From: Escherichia coli
Lineage (GTDB): Bacteria; Pseudomonadota; Gammaproteobacteria; Enterobacterales; Enterobacteriaceae
Assembly (NCBI RefSeq): GCF_009931435.1
Contig: NZ_CP043414.1
Reading direction: 5' to 3' (one strand)
DNA: 64,000 bases
Of this stretch, positions 10,483-21,949 are shown piece after piece; within the stretch, counting starts at the first letter, position 1, and every line of letters starts with the position of its first letter. A model generated the notes under the pieces. That model saw only the letters and a program-made list of their open reading frames with translations, was not told where the DNA came from and ran no database searches. The translations under genes were made by a program, and so were the position numbers.

Positions 10483-10842
10483 ATGAGCAAACCACCTCTT
10501 TTCTTTATTGTTATCATTGGCTTAATTATCGTCGCCGCATCGTTTCGTTTTATGCAACAGCGACGGGAAAAAGCTGATAATGATATAGCGCCACTCCAGC
10601 AAAAGTTGGTGGTGGTGAGCAATAAGCGGGAAAAACCGATTAACGATCGCCGTTCGCGCCAGCAGGAAGTAACTCCGGCAGGCACCAGCATGCGCTATGA
10701 GGCGAGCTTCAAACCGCAAAGCGGAGGAATGGAACAGACGTTTCGCCTCGACGCCCAGCAGTACCATGCCCTGACAGTGGGCGATAAAGGTACGCTGAGC
10801 TATAAAGGAACGCGCTTTGTCAGCTTTGTCAGCAAACAATAA
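10483..10842 (+). CDS. yhhM: YhhM (DUF2500) protein
   Basis: 119-aa ORF with N-terminal TM anchor; matches YhhM. Confidence 0.85.
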   Translation: MSKPPLFFIVIIGLIIVAASFRFMQQRREKADNDIAPLQQKLVVVSNKREKPINDRRSRQQEVTPAGTSMRYEASFKPQSGGMEQTFRLDAQQYHALTVGDKGTLSYKGTRFVSFVSKQ

Positions 10843-10844
10843 GG

Positions 10845-11114
10845 TTATTTTTTAACGTTAAATTTCTTCTGCCAGACCAGCAGTTCAAACACGCCGAAAA
10901 GGAAAATGCGCACCTTTTCGGCGGTGGTCATCTGCGGGCCATCTTTCGGTAAAGTGGATTTCAACAGCGCCAGCTGCATACCATGCATCAGCACGGTAAA
11001 AATCAGCGCCACGTTAACGAAAATATTCAGCGGACGCGGGAAGGGATGCACCAGGTTGAGGATTAAAAATCCCCAAACACAGAGCATTAACACACGACCA
11101 ATATTAATCAGCAT
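10845..11114 (-). CDS. yhhL: small membrane protein YhhL (DUF1145)
   Basis: Track ORF extends to 11237; internal ATG at 11114 gives the 89-aa MLINIGRVLMLCVWGF... protein; start overlaps rsmD 3' end by 11 nt. Confidence 0.75.
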   Translation of the reverse strand: MLINIGRVLMLCVWGFLILNLVHPFPRPLNIFVNVALIFTVLMHGMQLALLKSTLPKDGPQMTTAEKVRIFLFGVFELLVWQKKFNVKK

Positions 11115-11700
11115 CACTTTCTCCTTGTGCTTCGCGTTGATACAGGCGGTAAGCCACCTGACCTGCCACTTTTTCCCGATGTAATGACCAGTTCGCCGGA
11201 ACGGTGGGGAGCCCGTTTTCGACTTCGCTTTCGACATAAATCAGGGCTTCGTCAGCCAGCCAGCCGTTATCTTCCAGTAAATTTATCGTCTCTTCTAACA
11301 AGCCACGGCGGAACGGTGGATCGACAAAAACGATATTATGCGGTGTGCCTTTTTGCGCCAGGAATGACATCGCGTTGCTGTTCACCACGCGTGCATTACC
11401 TGCTTTTAGTGTCGCCAGATTCTTAATTAACTGTTGAGAAACCGCGCGATCCATCTCAATCAACGTGGCCCCCGCAGCGTAGCGCGATAACGCTTCCAGC
11501 CCCAGCGCGCCGCTCCCGGCGAAGCAATCCAGACATTGGGCGTCAACAATGACCGGAGCCAGCCAGTTAAACAACGTTTCGCGTACGCGGTCGGTGGTGG
11601 GGCGCAGACCTGGGCTATCAGGAACCGGGAGTTTACGGCCTCGCCACTGCCCGCCAATAATGCGGATTTGGCCGCTGCCGGAATGATTCGGTTTTTTCAT
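11104..11700 (-). CDS. rsmD: 16S rRNA m2G966 methyltransferase RsmD
   Basis: 198-aa ORF with SAM-MTase motifs (LDCFAGSGALGLEALSR, DPPF); divergent from ftsY. Confidence 0.9.
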   Translation of the reverse strand: MKKPNHSGSGQIRIIGGQWRGRKLPVPDSPGLRPTTDRVRETLFNWLAPVIVDAQCLDCFAGSGALGLEALSRYAAGATLIEMDRAVSQQLIKNLATLKAGNARVVNSNAMSFLAQKGTPHNIVFVDPPFRRGLLEETINLLEDNGWLADEALIYVESEVENGLPTVPANWSLHREKVAGQVAYRLYQREAQGESDAD

Positions 11701-11849
11701 GATAAATTGCTCAATCCGCCAGATAACACATACTTGCAGGCGGTGATGTGAATTAAGTTAAGTGATAGACTATTTCATCATTTTTTTAGCTGCTATGTAC
11801 ATAGCGTTAACGCTGTGCCATGAAGCAACAGCGAGGAGTGTAGTCGCAA

Positions 11850-13388
11850 ATGGCGAAAGAAAAAAAACGTGGCTTTTTTTCCTGGCTGGGCTTTGGTCAA
11901 AAAGAGCAGACCCCGGAAAAAGAGACAGAAGTCCAGAACGAACAACCGGTTGTAGAAGAAATCGTTCCGGCGCAAGAGCCTGCGAAGGCTTCTGAACAAG
12001 CCGTTGAAGAGCAGCCGCAGGCGCATACTGAAGCCGAGGCGGAAACTTTTGCTGCCGACGTTGTGGAAGTTACTGAACAGGTTGCTGAAAGTGAAAAAGC
12101 GCAGCCTGAAGCTGTTGCTGAACCGGAAGTTATTACTGAGCCGGAAACGATAGTTGAAGAAACGCCAGCGTCAGTCATTGAACCTGAAGTTACGCCAGAG
12201 CCTGTGGCTATCGAGCGTGAAGAGCTGCCGTTGCCGGAAGACGTCAAAGCCGAAGAGGTTTCGCCAGAAGAGTGGCAGGCCGAAGCGGAAACCGTAGAGA
12301 TTGTCGAAGCGGCGGAAGAAGAAGCGGCTAAAGACGAAATCACCGACGAAGAGCTGGAAGCACAGGCGCTGGCTGCCGAAGCGGCAGAAGAGGCGGTGAT
12401 GGTGGTTCCTCCGGCAGAAGAAGAGCAGCCGGTGGAAGAAATCGCTCAGGAGCAGGAAAAACCGACCAAAGAAGGTTTCTTCGCGCGCCTGAAACGCAGC
12501 CTGTTAAAAACCAAAGAAAACCTCGGTTCCGGATTTATCAGCCTGTTCCGCGGTAAAAAAATCGACGATGATCTGTTTGAAGAATTGGAAGAGCAATTGC
12601 TCATCGCCGATGTGGGCGTGGAAACCACGCGTAAAATTATCACCAATCTAACAGAAGGTGCGACCCGCAAGCAGCTTCGTGATGCCGAGGCGCTCTATGG
12701 CCTATTGAAAGAAGAGATGGGTGAGATTCTGGCGAAAGTCGATGAACCGCTGAACGTTGAAGGTAAAACGCCGTTCGTGATCCTGATGGTGGGCGTCAAC
12801 GGTGTGGGTAAAACCACGACGATCGGTAAGCTGGCGCGTCAGTTTGAGCAGCAGGGTAAATCAGTGATGCTGGCGGCGGGCGATACTTTCCGTGCAGCAG
12901 CGGTTGAACAGCTTCAGGTCTGGGGTCAGCGTAATAATATTCCGGTGATTGCCCAGCATACCGGTGCGGATTCCGCTTCTGTTATCTTCGACGCCATTCA
13001 GGCCGCTAAAGCGCGTAACATCGACGTTCTGATTGCCGATACCGCCGGACGCCTGCAGAACAAATCGCACTTGATGGAAGAGTTGAAGAAAATCGTCCGC
13101 GTGATGAAGAAACTCGACGTTGAAGCTCCGCATGAAGTTATGCTGACTATCGACGCCAGTACCGGGCAGAATGCAGTAAGCCAGGCCAAACTGTTCCACG
13201 AAGCCGTTGGCTTAACCGGCATCACGCTAACGAAACTGGACGGCACGGCGAAAGGCGGGGTAATTTTCTCGGTGGCTGACCAGTTTGGTATCCCTATCCG
13301 CTACATTGGTGTCGGCGAACGTATTGAGGATTTGCGTCCGTTTAAGGCGGACGACTTTATAGAGGCACTTTTTGCCCGAGAGGATTAA
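11850..13388 (+). CDS. ftsY: signal recognition particle receptor FtsY
   Basis: 512-aa ORF: acidic low-complexity A domain followed by NG GTPase domain (GVNGVGKTTTIGKLA, DTAGR, TKLDG). Confidence 0.95.
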   Translation: MAKEKKRGFFSWLGFGQKEQTPEKETEVQNEQPVVEEIVPAQEPAKASEQAVEEQPQAHTEAEAETFAADVVEVTEQVAESEKAQPEAVAEPEVITEPETIVEETPASVIEPEVTPEPVAIEREELPLPEDVKAEEVSPEEWQAEAETVEIVEAAEEEAAKDEITDEELEAQALAAEAAEEAVMVVPPAEEEQPVEEIAQEQEKPTKEGFFARLKRSLLKTKENLGSGFISLFRGKKIDDDLFEELEEQLLIADVGVETTRKIITNLTEGATRKQLRDAEALYGLLKEEMGEILAKVDEPLNVEGKTPFVILMVGVNGVGKTTTIGKLARQFEQQGKSVMLAAGDTFRAAAVEQLQVWGQRNNIPVIAQHTGADSASVIFDAIQAAKARNIDVLIADTAGRLQNKSHLMEELKKIVRVMKKLDVEAPHEVMLTIDASTGQNAVSQAKLFHEAVGLTGITLTKLDGTAKGGVIFSVADQFGIPIRYIGVGERIEDLRPFKADDFIEALFARED

Positions 13389-13390
13389 CA

Positions 13391-14059
13391 ATGATTCGCT
13401 TTGAACATGTCAGCAAGGCTTATCTCGGTGGGAGACAGGCGCTGCAGGGCGTTACGTTCCATATGCAGCCGGGTGAGATGGCGTTTCTGACCGGTCATTC
13501 CGGCGCAGGGAAAAGTACCCTCCTGAAGCTGATCTGTGGGATTGAGCGGCCCAGCGCCGGGAAAATCTGGTTTAGCGGCCATGACATCACGCGTCTGAAA
13601 AACCGTGAAGTTCCGTTTCTGCGCCGCCAGATTGGCATGATTTTCCAGGATCACCATCTACTGATGGACCGTACTGTCTACGATAACGTGGCGATCCCGC
13701 TGATTATCGCCGGTGCCAGCGGTGACGATATTCGTCGTCGTGTATCGGCGGCGCTGGATAAAGTCGGGCTACTGGACAAAGCGAAGAACTTCCCTATTCA
13801 GCTTTCCGGCGGTGAACAACAGCGTGTTGGCATTGCCCGCGCGGTGGTGAACAAGCCCGCGGTACTGCTGGCGGATGAACCGACCGGTAACCTTGACGAC
13901 GCGTTGTCAGAAGGAATTCTACGTCTGTTTGAAGAATTTAACCGCGTTGGGGTAACCGTATTGATGGCAACGCACGACATCAACCTGATTTCGCGGCGTT
14001 CCTATCGCATGCTCACCCTGAGCGATGGTCACTTGCATGGAGGCGTGGGCCATGAATAA
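13391..14059 (+). CDS. ftsE: cell division ABC ATPase FtsE
   Basis: 222-aa ORF with Walker [18 protein letters not shown] signature and Walker B. Confidence 0.95.
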   Translation: MIRFEHVSKAYLGGRQALQGVTFHMQPGEMAFLTGHSGAGKSTLLKLICGIERPSAGKIWFSGHDITRLKNREVPFLRRQIGMIFQDHHLLMDRTVYDNVAIPLIIAGASGDDIRRRVSAALDKVGLLDKAKNFPIQLSGGEQQRVGIARAVVNKPAVLLADEPTGNLDDALSEGILRLFEEFNRVGVTVLMATHDINLISRRSYRMLTLSDGHLHGGVGHE

Positions 14060-15110
14060 GCGCGATGCAATCAATCATATCCGGCAGTTTGGCGGGCGTC
14101 TGGATCGCTTCCGTAAATCGGTCGGCGGCTCTGGCGACGGCGGTCGTAACGCGCCAAAACGGGCGAAATCCTCGCCAAAACCGGTAAATCGCAAAACCAA
14201 CGTTTTCAACGAACAGGTGCGCTATGCCTTCCACGGCGCATTGCAGGATCTGAAAAGTAAACCGTTCGCCACGTTTTTAACGGTGATGGTTATCGCCATC
14301 TCCCTGACGCTGCCCAGCGTCTGTTATATGGTGTACAAAAACGTTAACCAGGCGGCGACGCAGTATTATCCGTCACCGCAAATCACTGTTTATCTGCAAA
14401 AAACGCTGGATGATGACGCCGCTGCGGGTGTGGTGGCACAGTTGCAGGCCGAGCAAGGCGTAGAGAAAGTAAACTATCTTTCTCGTGAAGACGCACTGGG
14501 CGAGTTCCGTAACTGGTCTGGTTTTGGTGGTGCGCTGGATATGCTGGAGGAAAACCCGCTTCCGGCAGTGGCGGTGGTAATCCCGAAACTCGATTTTCAG
14601 GGGACCGAGTCACTGAATACCTTGCGCGATCGTATCACCCAGATCAACGGCATTGACGAAGTGCGAATGGATGACAGCTGGTTTGCCCGTCTGGCGGCGT
14701 TGACCGGGCTGGTCGGGCGCGTTTCGGCAATGATCGGCGTATTGATGGTGGCGGCAGTGTTCCTCGTCATCGGTAACAGTGTGCGTCTGAGCATCTTTGC
14801 TCGCCGTGACTCCATTAACGTACAGAAACTGATTGGTGCGACAGATGGTTTCATCCTGCGCCCGTTCCTGTACGGTGGCGCATTGCTGGGATTTTCTGGC
14901 GCATTGTTGTCATTAATTTTGTCAGAGATTCTGGTACTGCGTTTGTCTTCGGCGGTTGCGGAAGTGGCACAGGTTTTCGGAACGAGGTTTGATATCAATG
15001 GCTTATCTTTCGATGAATGTCTGCTTTTGCTGCTGGTGTGTTCGATGATTGGCTGGGTGGCAGCCTGGCTTGCCACGGTACAACATTTACGCCACTTTAC
15101 GCCTGAATAA
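14052..15110 (+). CDS. ftsX: cell division permease-like protein FtsX
   Basis: ATG at 14052 ([13 protein letters not shown]...) overlaps ftsE 3' end by 8 nt; 352 aa. Confidence 0.9.
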   Translation: MNKRDAINHIRQFGGRLDRFRKSVGGSGDGGRNAPKRAKSSPKPVNRKTNVFNEQVRYAFHGALQDLKSKPFATFLTVMVIAISLTLPSVCYMVYKNVNQAATQYYPSPQITVYLQKTLDDDAAAGVVAQLQAEQGVEKVNYLSREDALGEFRNWSGFGGALDMLEENPLPAVAVVIPKLDFQGTESLNTLRDRITQINGIDEVRMDDSWFARLAALTGLVGRVSAMIGVLMVAAVFLVIGNSVRLSIFARRDSINVQKLIGATDGFILRPFLYGGALLGFSGALLSLILSEILVLRLSSAVAEVAQVFGTRFDINGLSFDECLLLLLVCSMIGWVAAWLATVQHLRHFTPE

Positions 15111-15234
15111 TAAAAGCGTGTTATACTCTTTCCCTGCAATGGGTTCCGTAGCAGGGAAAGAGACCCCGTTGTCTCTTCCCGGTATTTCATCTCTATGTCA
15201 CATTTTGTGCGTAATTTATTCACAGCGTTGCATT

Positions 15235-15261
15235 GAACTTGTGGATAAAATCACGGTCTGA
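15235..15261 (+). promoter_or_regulatory. rpoH sigma-E-type promoter (P3-like) with embedded DnaA box
   Basis: GAACTT-16 nt-TCTGA matches the sigma-E consensus; TGTGGATAA (DnaA box) sits in the spacer. Confidence 0.65.
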
Positions 15262-15298
15262 TAAAACAGTGAATGATAACCTCGTTGCTCTTAAGCTC

Positions 15299-15313
15299 TG
15301 GCACAGTTGTTGC
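15299..15313 (+). promoter_or_regulatory. sigma-54 consensus promoter element upstream of rpoH
   Basis: TGGCAC-N5-TTGC with GG and GC exactly 12 bp apart, about 40 bp upstream of the rpoH ATG. Confidence 0.6.
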
Positions 15314-15354
15314 TACCACTGAAGCGCCAGAAGATATCGATTGAGAGGATTTGG

Positions 15355-16209
15355 ATGACTGACAAAATGCAAAGTTTAGCTTTAGCCCCAGTTGGCAACC
15401 TGGATTCCTACATCCGGGCAGCTAACGCGTGGCCGATGTTGTCGGCTGACGAGGAGCGGGCGCTGGCTGAAAAGCTGCATTACCATGGCGATCTGGAAGC
15501 AGCAAAAACGCTGATCCTGTCTCACCTGCGGTTTGTTGTTCATATTGCTCGTAATTATGCGGGCTATGGCCTGCCACAGGCGGATTTGATTCAGGAAGGT
15601 AACATCGGCCTGATGAAAGCAGTGCGCCGTTTTAACCCGGAAGTGGGTGTGCGCCTGGTCTCCTTCGCCGTTCACTGGATCAAAGCAGAGATCCACGAAT
15701 ACGTTCTGCGCAACTGGCGTATCGTCAAAGTTGCGACCACCAAAGCGCAGCGCAAACTGTTCTTCAACCTGCGTAAAACCAAGCAGCGTCTGGGCTGGTT
15801 TAATCAGGATGAAGTCGAAATGGTGGCCCGTGAACTGGGCGTAACCAGCAAAGACGTACGTGAGATGGAATCGCGTATGGCGGCACAGGACATGACCTTT
15901 GACCTGTCTTCCGATGACGATTCCGACAGCCAGCCGATGGCTCCGGTGCTTTATCTGCAGGATAAATCGTCCAACTTTGCCGACGGCATTGAAGATGATA
16001 ACTGGGAAGAGCAGGCGGCAAACCGTCTGACCGACGCGATGCAGGGCCTGGATGAGCGTAGCCAGGACATTATCCGCGCACGCTGGTTGGACGAAGACAA
16101 CAAGTCCACGTTGCAGGAACTGGCTGACCGTTACGGTGTTTCCGCTGAGCGTGTGCGCCAGCTGGAAAAGAACGCGATGAAAAAACTTCGCGCTGCTATT
16201 GAAGCGTAA
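15355..16209 (+). CDS. rpoH: heat-shock sigma factor sigma-32 (RpoH)
   Basis: ATG at 15355 gives the 284-aa [12 protein letters not shown]... protein; sigma-70-family regions 2 and 4. Confidence 0.95.
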   Translation: MTDKMQSLALAPVGNLDSYIRAANAWPMLSADEERALAEKLHYHGDLEAAKTLILSHLRFVVHIARNYAGYGLPQADLIQEGNIGLMKAVRRFNPEVGVRLVSFAVHWIKAEIHEYVLRNWRIVKVATTKAQRKLFFNLRKTKQRLGWFNQDEVEMVARELGVTSKDVREMESRMAAQDMTFDLSSDDDSDSQPMAPVLYLQDKSSNFADGIEDDNWEEQAANRLTDAMQGLDERSQDIIRARWLDEDNKSTLQELADRYGVSAERVRQLEKNAMKKLRAAIEA

Positions 16210-16230
16210 TTTCCACTATTAATCAGAGAA

Positions 16231-16262
16231 CCCTGGATGAGAGTCCGGGGTTTTTGTTTTTT
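16231..16262 (+). terminator. rho-independent terminator of rpoH
   Basis: 7-bp stem CCCTGGA/TCCGGGG with 6-nt loop, followed by TTTTTGTTTTTT. Confidence 0.75.
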
Positions 16263-16480
16263 GGACCTCTGCAATAATCAATTACCCCCTCCGACAAAAC
16301 GCCAATCCCCACGCAGATTGTTAATAAACTGTCAAAATAGCTATTCCAATATCATAAAAATCGGGTATGTTTTAGCAGAGTATGCTGCTAAAGCACGGGT
16401 AGTCATGCATAAAACGAAATAAAGTGCTGAACAACAACATCACAACACACGTAATAACCAGATGAATGGGGATTCTCAGG

Positions 16481-17584
16481 ATGAATATAAAGGGTAAAGC
16501 GTTACTGGCAGGATGTATCGCGCTGGCATTCAGCAATATGGCTCTGGCAGAAGATATTAAAGTCGCGGTTGTGGGCGCAATGTCCGGTCCGGTGGCCCAG
16601 TACGGCGACCAGGAGTTTACTGGCGCAGAGCAGGCAGTTGCGGATATTAACGCTAAAGGCGGTATCAAAGGCAACAAACTGCAAATCGTAAAATATGACG
16701 ATGCCTGTGACCCGAAACAGGCGGTCGCGGTGGCGAACAAAGTCGTTAACGACGGCATTAAATATGTCATTGGCCACCTCTGTTCTTCATCAACGCAGCC
16801 AGCGTCTGACATCTACGAAGACGAAGGCATTTTAATGATCACCCCAGCAGCAACCGCACCAGAGCTGACCGCCCGTGGCTATCAGCTGATCCTGCGCACC
16901 ACCGGCCTGGATTCCGACCAGGGGCCGACGGCGGCGAAATATATTCTTGAGAAAGTGAAACCGCAGCGTATTGCTATCGTTCACGACAAACAGCAGTACG
17001 GCGAAGGTCTGGCGCGTGCGGTGCAGGACGGCCTGAAGAAAGGCAATGCTAACGTGGTGTTCTTTGACGGCATCACCGCCGGGGAAAAAGATTTCTCAAC
17101 GCTGGTGGCGCGTTTGAAGAAAGAGAATATCGACTTCGTTTACTACGGTGGTTACCACCCGGAAATGGGGCAGATCCTGCGTCAGGCACGCGCGGCAGGG
17201 CTGAAAACTCAGTTTATGGGGCCGGAAGGCGTGGCTAACGTCTCGCTGTCTAACATTGCGGGCGAGTCAGCTGAAGGGTTGCTGGTAACCAAGCCGAAGA
17301 ACTACGATCAGGTTCCGGCGAACAAACCAATTGTTGACGCGATCAAAGCGAAAAAACAGGACCCAAGCGGCGCGTTCGTCTGGACCACCTACGCCGCGCT
17401 GCAATCTTTGCAGGCGGGCCTGAATCAGTCTGACGATCCGGCTGAAATCGCCAAATACCTGAAAGCGAACTCCGTGGATACCGTGATGGGGCCGCTGACC
17501 TGGGATGAGAAAGGTGATCTGAAAGGCTTTGAGTTCGGCGTATTTGACTGGCACGCCAACGGCACGGCGACCGATGCGAAGTAA
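16481..17584 (+). CDS. livJ: Leu/Ile/Val-binding periplasmic protein LivJ
   Basis: ATG at 16481 ([23 protein letters not shown] signal peptide); 367 aa; paralog of LivK. Confidence 0.9.
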   Translation: MNIKGKALLAGCIALAFSNMALAEDIKVAVVGAMSGPVAQYGDQEFTGAEQAVADINAKGGIKGNKLQIVKYDDACDPKQAVAVANKVVNDGIKYVIGHLCSSSTQPASDIYEDEGILMITPAATAPELTARGYQLILRTTGLDSDQGPTAAKYILEKVKPQRIAIVHDKQQYGEGLARAVQDGLKKGNANVVFFDGITAGEKDFSTLVARLKKENIDFVYYGGYHPEMGQILRQARAAGLKTQFMGPEGVANVSLSNIAGESAEGLLVTKPKNYDQVPANKPIVDAIKAKKQDPSGAFVWTTYAALQSLQAGLNQSDDPAEIAKYLKANSVDTVMGPLTWDEKGDLKGFEFGVFDWHANGTATDAK

Positions 17585-17644
17585 TCATTAATCGGCAACT
17601 TTGGGTTGCCGCCAAATTGCTAATATCGAGTACGCATGCTTCAT

Positions 17645-17743
<99 letters not shown>

Positions 17744-17784
17744 AATTTCTCGTTGGTCATCACTTTTGAAATCAAACTTGACGA

Positions 17785-18168
17785 TTAACGCTTCTCCCAG
17801 CCGCCCTGTTGTGCCGTAAACCCCAGCGCCTGCATAAACGCCGTCATCACGCCGCGATCTTCCACGCCTGCATCCGCCATCCACCAGCCTGAAACGCCAG
17901 GATTGTTACGCAAAACCTCTTCCAGCAGATATTGCCCCACACCGCGACGTCGGGTGACTTCCCGCACGTGCAGGGAATCCAGTGCCCCCTCGGTGCCGTT
18001 TAAGGTTACCCGCACGGCCGCGAGCAGGCGCTCGTTAAAACGCGCGGCGTAGATGCGGTGGTTATCGTCAACCTGTAAAGAGGAAGGGGAGTACTCCGGC
18101 CAGATCTTTTGCAGGTCAATCCGGTCCTGGTCGCTAAAGTGTTCTAAACGAATGATGGTCAGCTTCAT
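17785..18168 (-). CDS. panM: PanD maturation factor PanM (PanZ/YhhK), GNAT fold
   Basis: 127-aa ORF matching PanM; lies between livJ and livK. Confidence 0.85.
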   Translation of the reverse strand: MKLTIIRLEHFSDQDRIDLQKIWPEYSPSSLQVDDNHRIYAARFNERLLAAVRVTLNGTEGALDSLHVREVTRRRGVGQYLLEEVLRNNPGVSGWWMADAGVEDRGVMTAFMQALGFTAQQGGWEKR

Positions 18169-18591
18169 GGGAAACCCGTGTAAATCACAAAAGTGGAACC
18201 AGTGTAGCGAAATAATTTAATCGGAGGCTTTCTCTTTTTTATTTCTTTTGGCAGGTGATTAATTTTTTAACAGCAATAATTACAAATTAAAAACATTAGA
18301 GAATGAAAAATGTCCAGCATAATCCCCTGAATGGTAGTGAATTATTCCGCCCTTTGTACCGTTATTTTATGCTGACAACGGCGCTTTTTTCTGTTTATCT
18401 ATCAATAAATTCAGAATATTATCTGTTCTTAATCGACTGAAAAATAGGGATTTTAATCGCTATTATCACAAAATACTGCGCTAAACCCTTAATCAGACAG
18501 GCAAAAACAGTGCAGTATAAAAAAAGTACAGTCTGATTTGTTAACACATAAAAACAAAGCAACACAACATCACGAATGGGGATTTTTGACT

Positions 18592-19701
18592 ATGAAACGG
18601 AATGCGAAAACTATCATCGCAGGGATGATTGCACTGACAATTTCACACACCGCTATGGCCGACGATATTAAAGTCGCCGTTGTCGGCGCGATGTCCGGTC
18701 CGATTGCCCAGTGGGGCGATATGGAATTTAACGGCGCGCGTCAGGCGATTAAAGACATTAATGCCAAAGGGGGAATTAAAGGCGATAAGCTGGTGGGCGT
18801 GGAATATGACGACGCCTGCGACCCGAAACAAGCCGTTGCGGTCGCCAACAAAATCGTTAACGACGGCATTAAATACGTTATTGGTCATCTGTGTTCTTCT
18901 TCTACCCAACCTGCATCAGATATCTACGAAGATGAAGGTATTTTGATGATCTCGCCGGGGGCGACCAACCCGGAGCTGACTCAACGCGGTTATCAACACA
19001 TCATGCGGACTGCCGGGCTGGACTCTTCCCAGGGGCCAACAGCGGCAAAATACATTCTTGATACGGTGAAGCCCCAGCGCATCGCCATCATTCACGACAA
19101 ACAACAGTATGGCGAAGGGCTGGCGCGTTCGGTGCAGGACGGATTGAAAGCAGCCAATGCCAACGTCGTCTTCTTCGACGGTATTACCGCTGGTGAGAAA
19201 GATTTCTCCGCGCTGATCGCCCGCCTGAAAAAAGAAAACATCGACTTCGTTTACTACGGCGGTTACTACCCGGAAATGGGGCAGATGCTGCGCCAGGCCC
19301 GTTCCGTTGGCCTGAAAACTCAGTTTATGGGGCCGGAAGGGGTGGGTAATGCGTCGCTGTCGAACATTGCTGGTGATGCCGCCGAAGGTATGTTGGTCAC
19401 TATGCCAAAACGCTATGACCAGGACCCGGCAAACAAAGGCATCGTTGATGCGCTGAAAGCAGACAAGAAAGATCCGTCCGGGCCATATGTCTGGATCACC
19501 TACGCGGCGGTGCAATCTCTGGCGACTGCCCTTGAGCGTACCGGCAGCGATGAGCCGCTGGCGCTGGTGAAAGATTTAAAAGCTAACGGTGCAAACACCG
19601 TGATTGGGCCGCTGAACTGGGATGAAAAAGGCGATCTTAAGGGATTTGATTTTGGTGTCTTCCAGTGGCACGCCGACGGTTCATCGACGGCAGCCAAGTG
19701 A
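18592..19701 (+). CDS. livK: leucine-specific binding protein LivK
   Basis: ATG at 18592 ([23 protein letters not shown] signal peptide); 369 aa; first gene of livKHMGF. Confidence 0.9.
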   Translation: MKRNAKTIIAGMIALTISHTAMADDIKVAVVGAMSGPIAQWGDMEFNGARQAIKDINAKGGIKGDKLVGVEYDDACDPKQAVAVANKIVNDGIKYVIGHLCSSSTQPASDIYEDEGILMISPGATNPELTQRGYQHIMRTAGLDSSQGPTAAKYILDTVKPQRIAIIHDKQQYGEGLARSVQDGLKAANANVVFFDGITAGEKDFSALIARLKKENIDFVYYGGYYPEMGQMLRQARSVGLKTQFMGPEGVGNASLSNIAGDAAEGMLVTMPKRYDQDPANKGIVDALKADKKDPSGPYVWITYAAVQSLATALERTGSDEPLALVKDLKANGANTVIGPLNWDEKGDLKGFDFGVFQWHADGSSTAAK

Positions 19702-19748
19702 TCATCCCACCGCCCGTGAAATGCGGGCGGTTTTAGAAAGGTTACCTT

Positions 19749-20675
19749 ATGTCTGAGCAGTTTTTGTATTTCTTGCAGCAGATGTTTAACGGCGTCACGC
19801 TGGGCAGTACCTACGCGCTGATAGCCATCGGCTACACCATGGTTTACGGCATTATCGGCATGATCAACTTCGCCCACGGCGAGGTTTATATGATCGGCAG
19901 CTACGTCTCTTTTATGATCATCGCCGCACTGATGATGCTGGGCATTGATACCGGCTGGCTGCTGGTGGCGGCGGGATTCGTCGGCGCAATCGTCATTGCC
20001 AGCGCCTATGGCTGGAGTATCGAACGTGTGGCTTACCGCCCGGTGCGTAACTCTAAGCGCCTGATTGCGCTCATCTCGGCAATCGGCATGTCCATCTTCC
20101 TGCAAAACTACGTCAGCCTGACCGAAGGTTCGCGCGACGTGGCGCTACCCAGCCTGTTTAACGGTCAGTGGGTTGTGGGCCATAGTGAAAACTTCTCTGC
20201 CTCTATTACCACCATGCAGGCGGTGATCTGGATTGTTACCTTCCTTGCCATGCTGGCGCTGACAATTTTCATCCGCTATTCCCGCATGGGGCGCGCCTGT
20301 CGTGCCTGCGCGGAAGACCTGAAAATGGCGAGCCTGCTTGGCATCAACACTGACCGGGTGATTGCGCTGACCTTTGTGATTGGCGCGGCGATGGCGGCGG
20401 TGGCAGGTGTGCTGCTCGGTCAGTTCTATGGCGTAATTAACCCCTACATCGGCTTTATGGCCGGGATGAAAGCCTTTACTGCTGCGGTACTCGGTGGGAT
20501 TGGCAGTATTCCGGGAGCGATGATTGGCGGCCTGATCCTGGGGATTGCGGAAGCGCTCTCTTCTGCCTATCTGAGTACGGAATATAAGGATGTGGTTTCA
20601 TTTGCCCTGCTGATTCTGGTACTGCTGGTGATGCCGACCGGTATTCTGGGTCGCCCGGAGGTAGAGAAAGTATGA
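19749..20675 (+). CDS. livH: branched-chain amino acid ABC permease LivH
   Basis: 308-aa polytopic ORF; operon context. Confidence 0.95.
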   Translation: MSEQFLYFLQQMFNGVTLGSTYALIAIGYTMVYGIIGMINFAHGEVYMIGSYVSFMIIAALMMLGIDTGWLLVAAGFVGAIVIASAYGWSIERVAYRPVRNSKRLIALISAIGMSIFLQNYVSLTEGSRDVALPSLFNGQWVVGHSENFSASITTMQAVIWIVTFLAMLALTIFIRYSRMGRACRACAEDLKMASLLGINTDRVIALTFVIGAAMAAVAGVLLGQFYGVINPYIGFMAGMKAFTAAVLGGIGSIPGAMIGGLILGIAEALSSAYLSTEYKDVVSFALLILVLLVMPTGILGRPEVEKV

Positions 20676-21949
20676 AACCGATGCATATTGCAATGGCGCT
20701 GCTCTCTGCCGCCATGTTCTTTGTTCTCGCGGGCGTCTTTATGGGTGTGCAACTGGAGCTGGACGGCACCAAACTGGTGGTCGACACGGCTTCAGACATC
20801 CGATGGCAGTGGGTGTTTATTGGCACTGCGGTGGTCTTTTTCTTCCAGCTTGTGCGACCTGCGTTTCAGAAAGGATTGAAAAGCGTTTCCGGGCCGAAGT
20901 TTATTCTGCCCGCGATTGATGGCTCCACGGTGAAGCAAAAGCTGTTCCTCGTCGCACTGTTGGTGCTTGCGGTGGCGTGGCCGTTTATGGTGTCGCGCGG
21001 GACGGTGGATATCGCCACCCTGACCATGATCTACATTATCCTCGGCCTCGGGCTGAACGTGGTGGTGGGGCTGTCTGGCTTACTGGTACTGGGTTACGGT
21101 GGTTTTTACGCCATCGGCGCTTACACCTTTGCCTTGCTCAATCACTATTACGGTCTTGGCTTCTGGACCTGTTTGCCGATTGCCGGGTTGATGGCGGCGG
21201 CGGCGGGCTTCCTGCTCGGCTTCCCGGTGTTGCGTTTACGTGGCGACTATCTGGCGATCGTTACTCTCGGTTTCGGCGAAATTGTGCGCATATTGCTGCT
21301 CAATAACACGGAAATCACCGGCGGTCCGAACGGAATCAGTCAGATCCCGAAACCGACACTCTTCGGACTCGAGTTCAGTCGCACCGCCCGCGAAGGCGGC
21401 TGGGATACGTTCAGCAATTTCTTTGGCCTGAAATACGACCCGTCCGATCGCGTCATCTTCCTCTACCTGGTGGCGTTACTGTTGGTGGTGTTAAGCCTGT
21501 TTGTCATTAACCGCTTACTGCGAATGCCGCTGGGCCGCGCGTGGGAAGCGTTGCGTGAAGATGAAATCGCTTGTCGTTCGCTGGGCTTAAGCCCGCGTCG
21601 TATCAAGCTGACTGCCTTTACCATCAGCGCTGCGTTTGCCGGTTTTGCCGGAACGCTGTTCGCGGCGCGTCAGGGATTTGTCAGCCCGGAATCTTTCACC
21701 TTTGCCGAATCGGCGTTTGTGCTGGCGATAGTGGTGCTCGGTGGTATGGGTTCGCAATTTGCGGTGATTCTGGCGGCAATTTTGCTGGTGGTGTCGCGAG
21801 AGTTGATGCGTGATTTCAACGAATACAGCATGTTAATGCTCGGTGGTTTGATGGTGCTGATGATGATCTGGCGTCCGCAGGGCTTGCTGCCCATGACGCG
21901 CCCGCAACTCAAGCTGAAAAACGGCGCAGCGAAAGGAGAGCAGGCATGA
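20672..21949 (+). CDS. livM: branched-chain amino acid ABC permease LivM
   Basis: 425-aa polytopic ORF; start overlaps livH stop. Confidence 0.95.
   Translation: MKPMHIAMALLSAAMFFVLAGVFMGVQLELDGTKLVVDTASDIRWQWVFIGTAVVFFFQLVRPAFQKGLKSVSGPKFILPAIDGSTVKQKLFLVALLVLAVAWPFMVSRGTVDIATLTMIYIILGLGLNVVVGLSGLLVLGYGGFYAIGAYTFALLNHYYGLGFWTCLPIAGLMAAAAGFLLGFPVLRLRGDYLAIVTLGFGEIVRILLLNNTEITGGPNGISQIPKPTLFGLEFSRTAREGGWDTFSNFFGLKYDPSDRVIFLYLVALLLVVLSLFVINRLLRMPLGRAWEALREDEIACRSLGLSPRRIKLTAFTISAAFAGFAGTLFAARQGFVSPESFTFAESAFVLAIVVLGGMGSQFAVILAAILLVVSRELMRDFNEYSMLMLGGLMVLMMIWRPQGLLPMTRPQLKLKNGAAKGEQA

Noticed and set aside
11897-12343. 148-aa ORF antisense to the ftsY acidic domain
   Set aside because: Ser/Ala/Thr-rich low-complexity translation produced by the repetitive GAA/GCG-rich ftsY A-domain; sits entirely inside a certain gene, no start context.
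16466-16480. In-frame ATG five codons upstream of livJ ([10 protein letters not shown]...) and the similar ATGGGGATT motif before livK
   Set aside because: The downstream ATG gives the canonical signal peptide in both paralogs; the upstream motif is probably a conserved leader element, not an alternative start.
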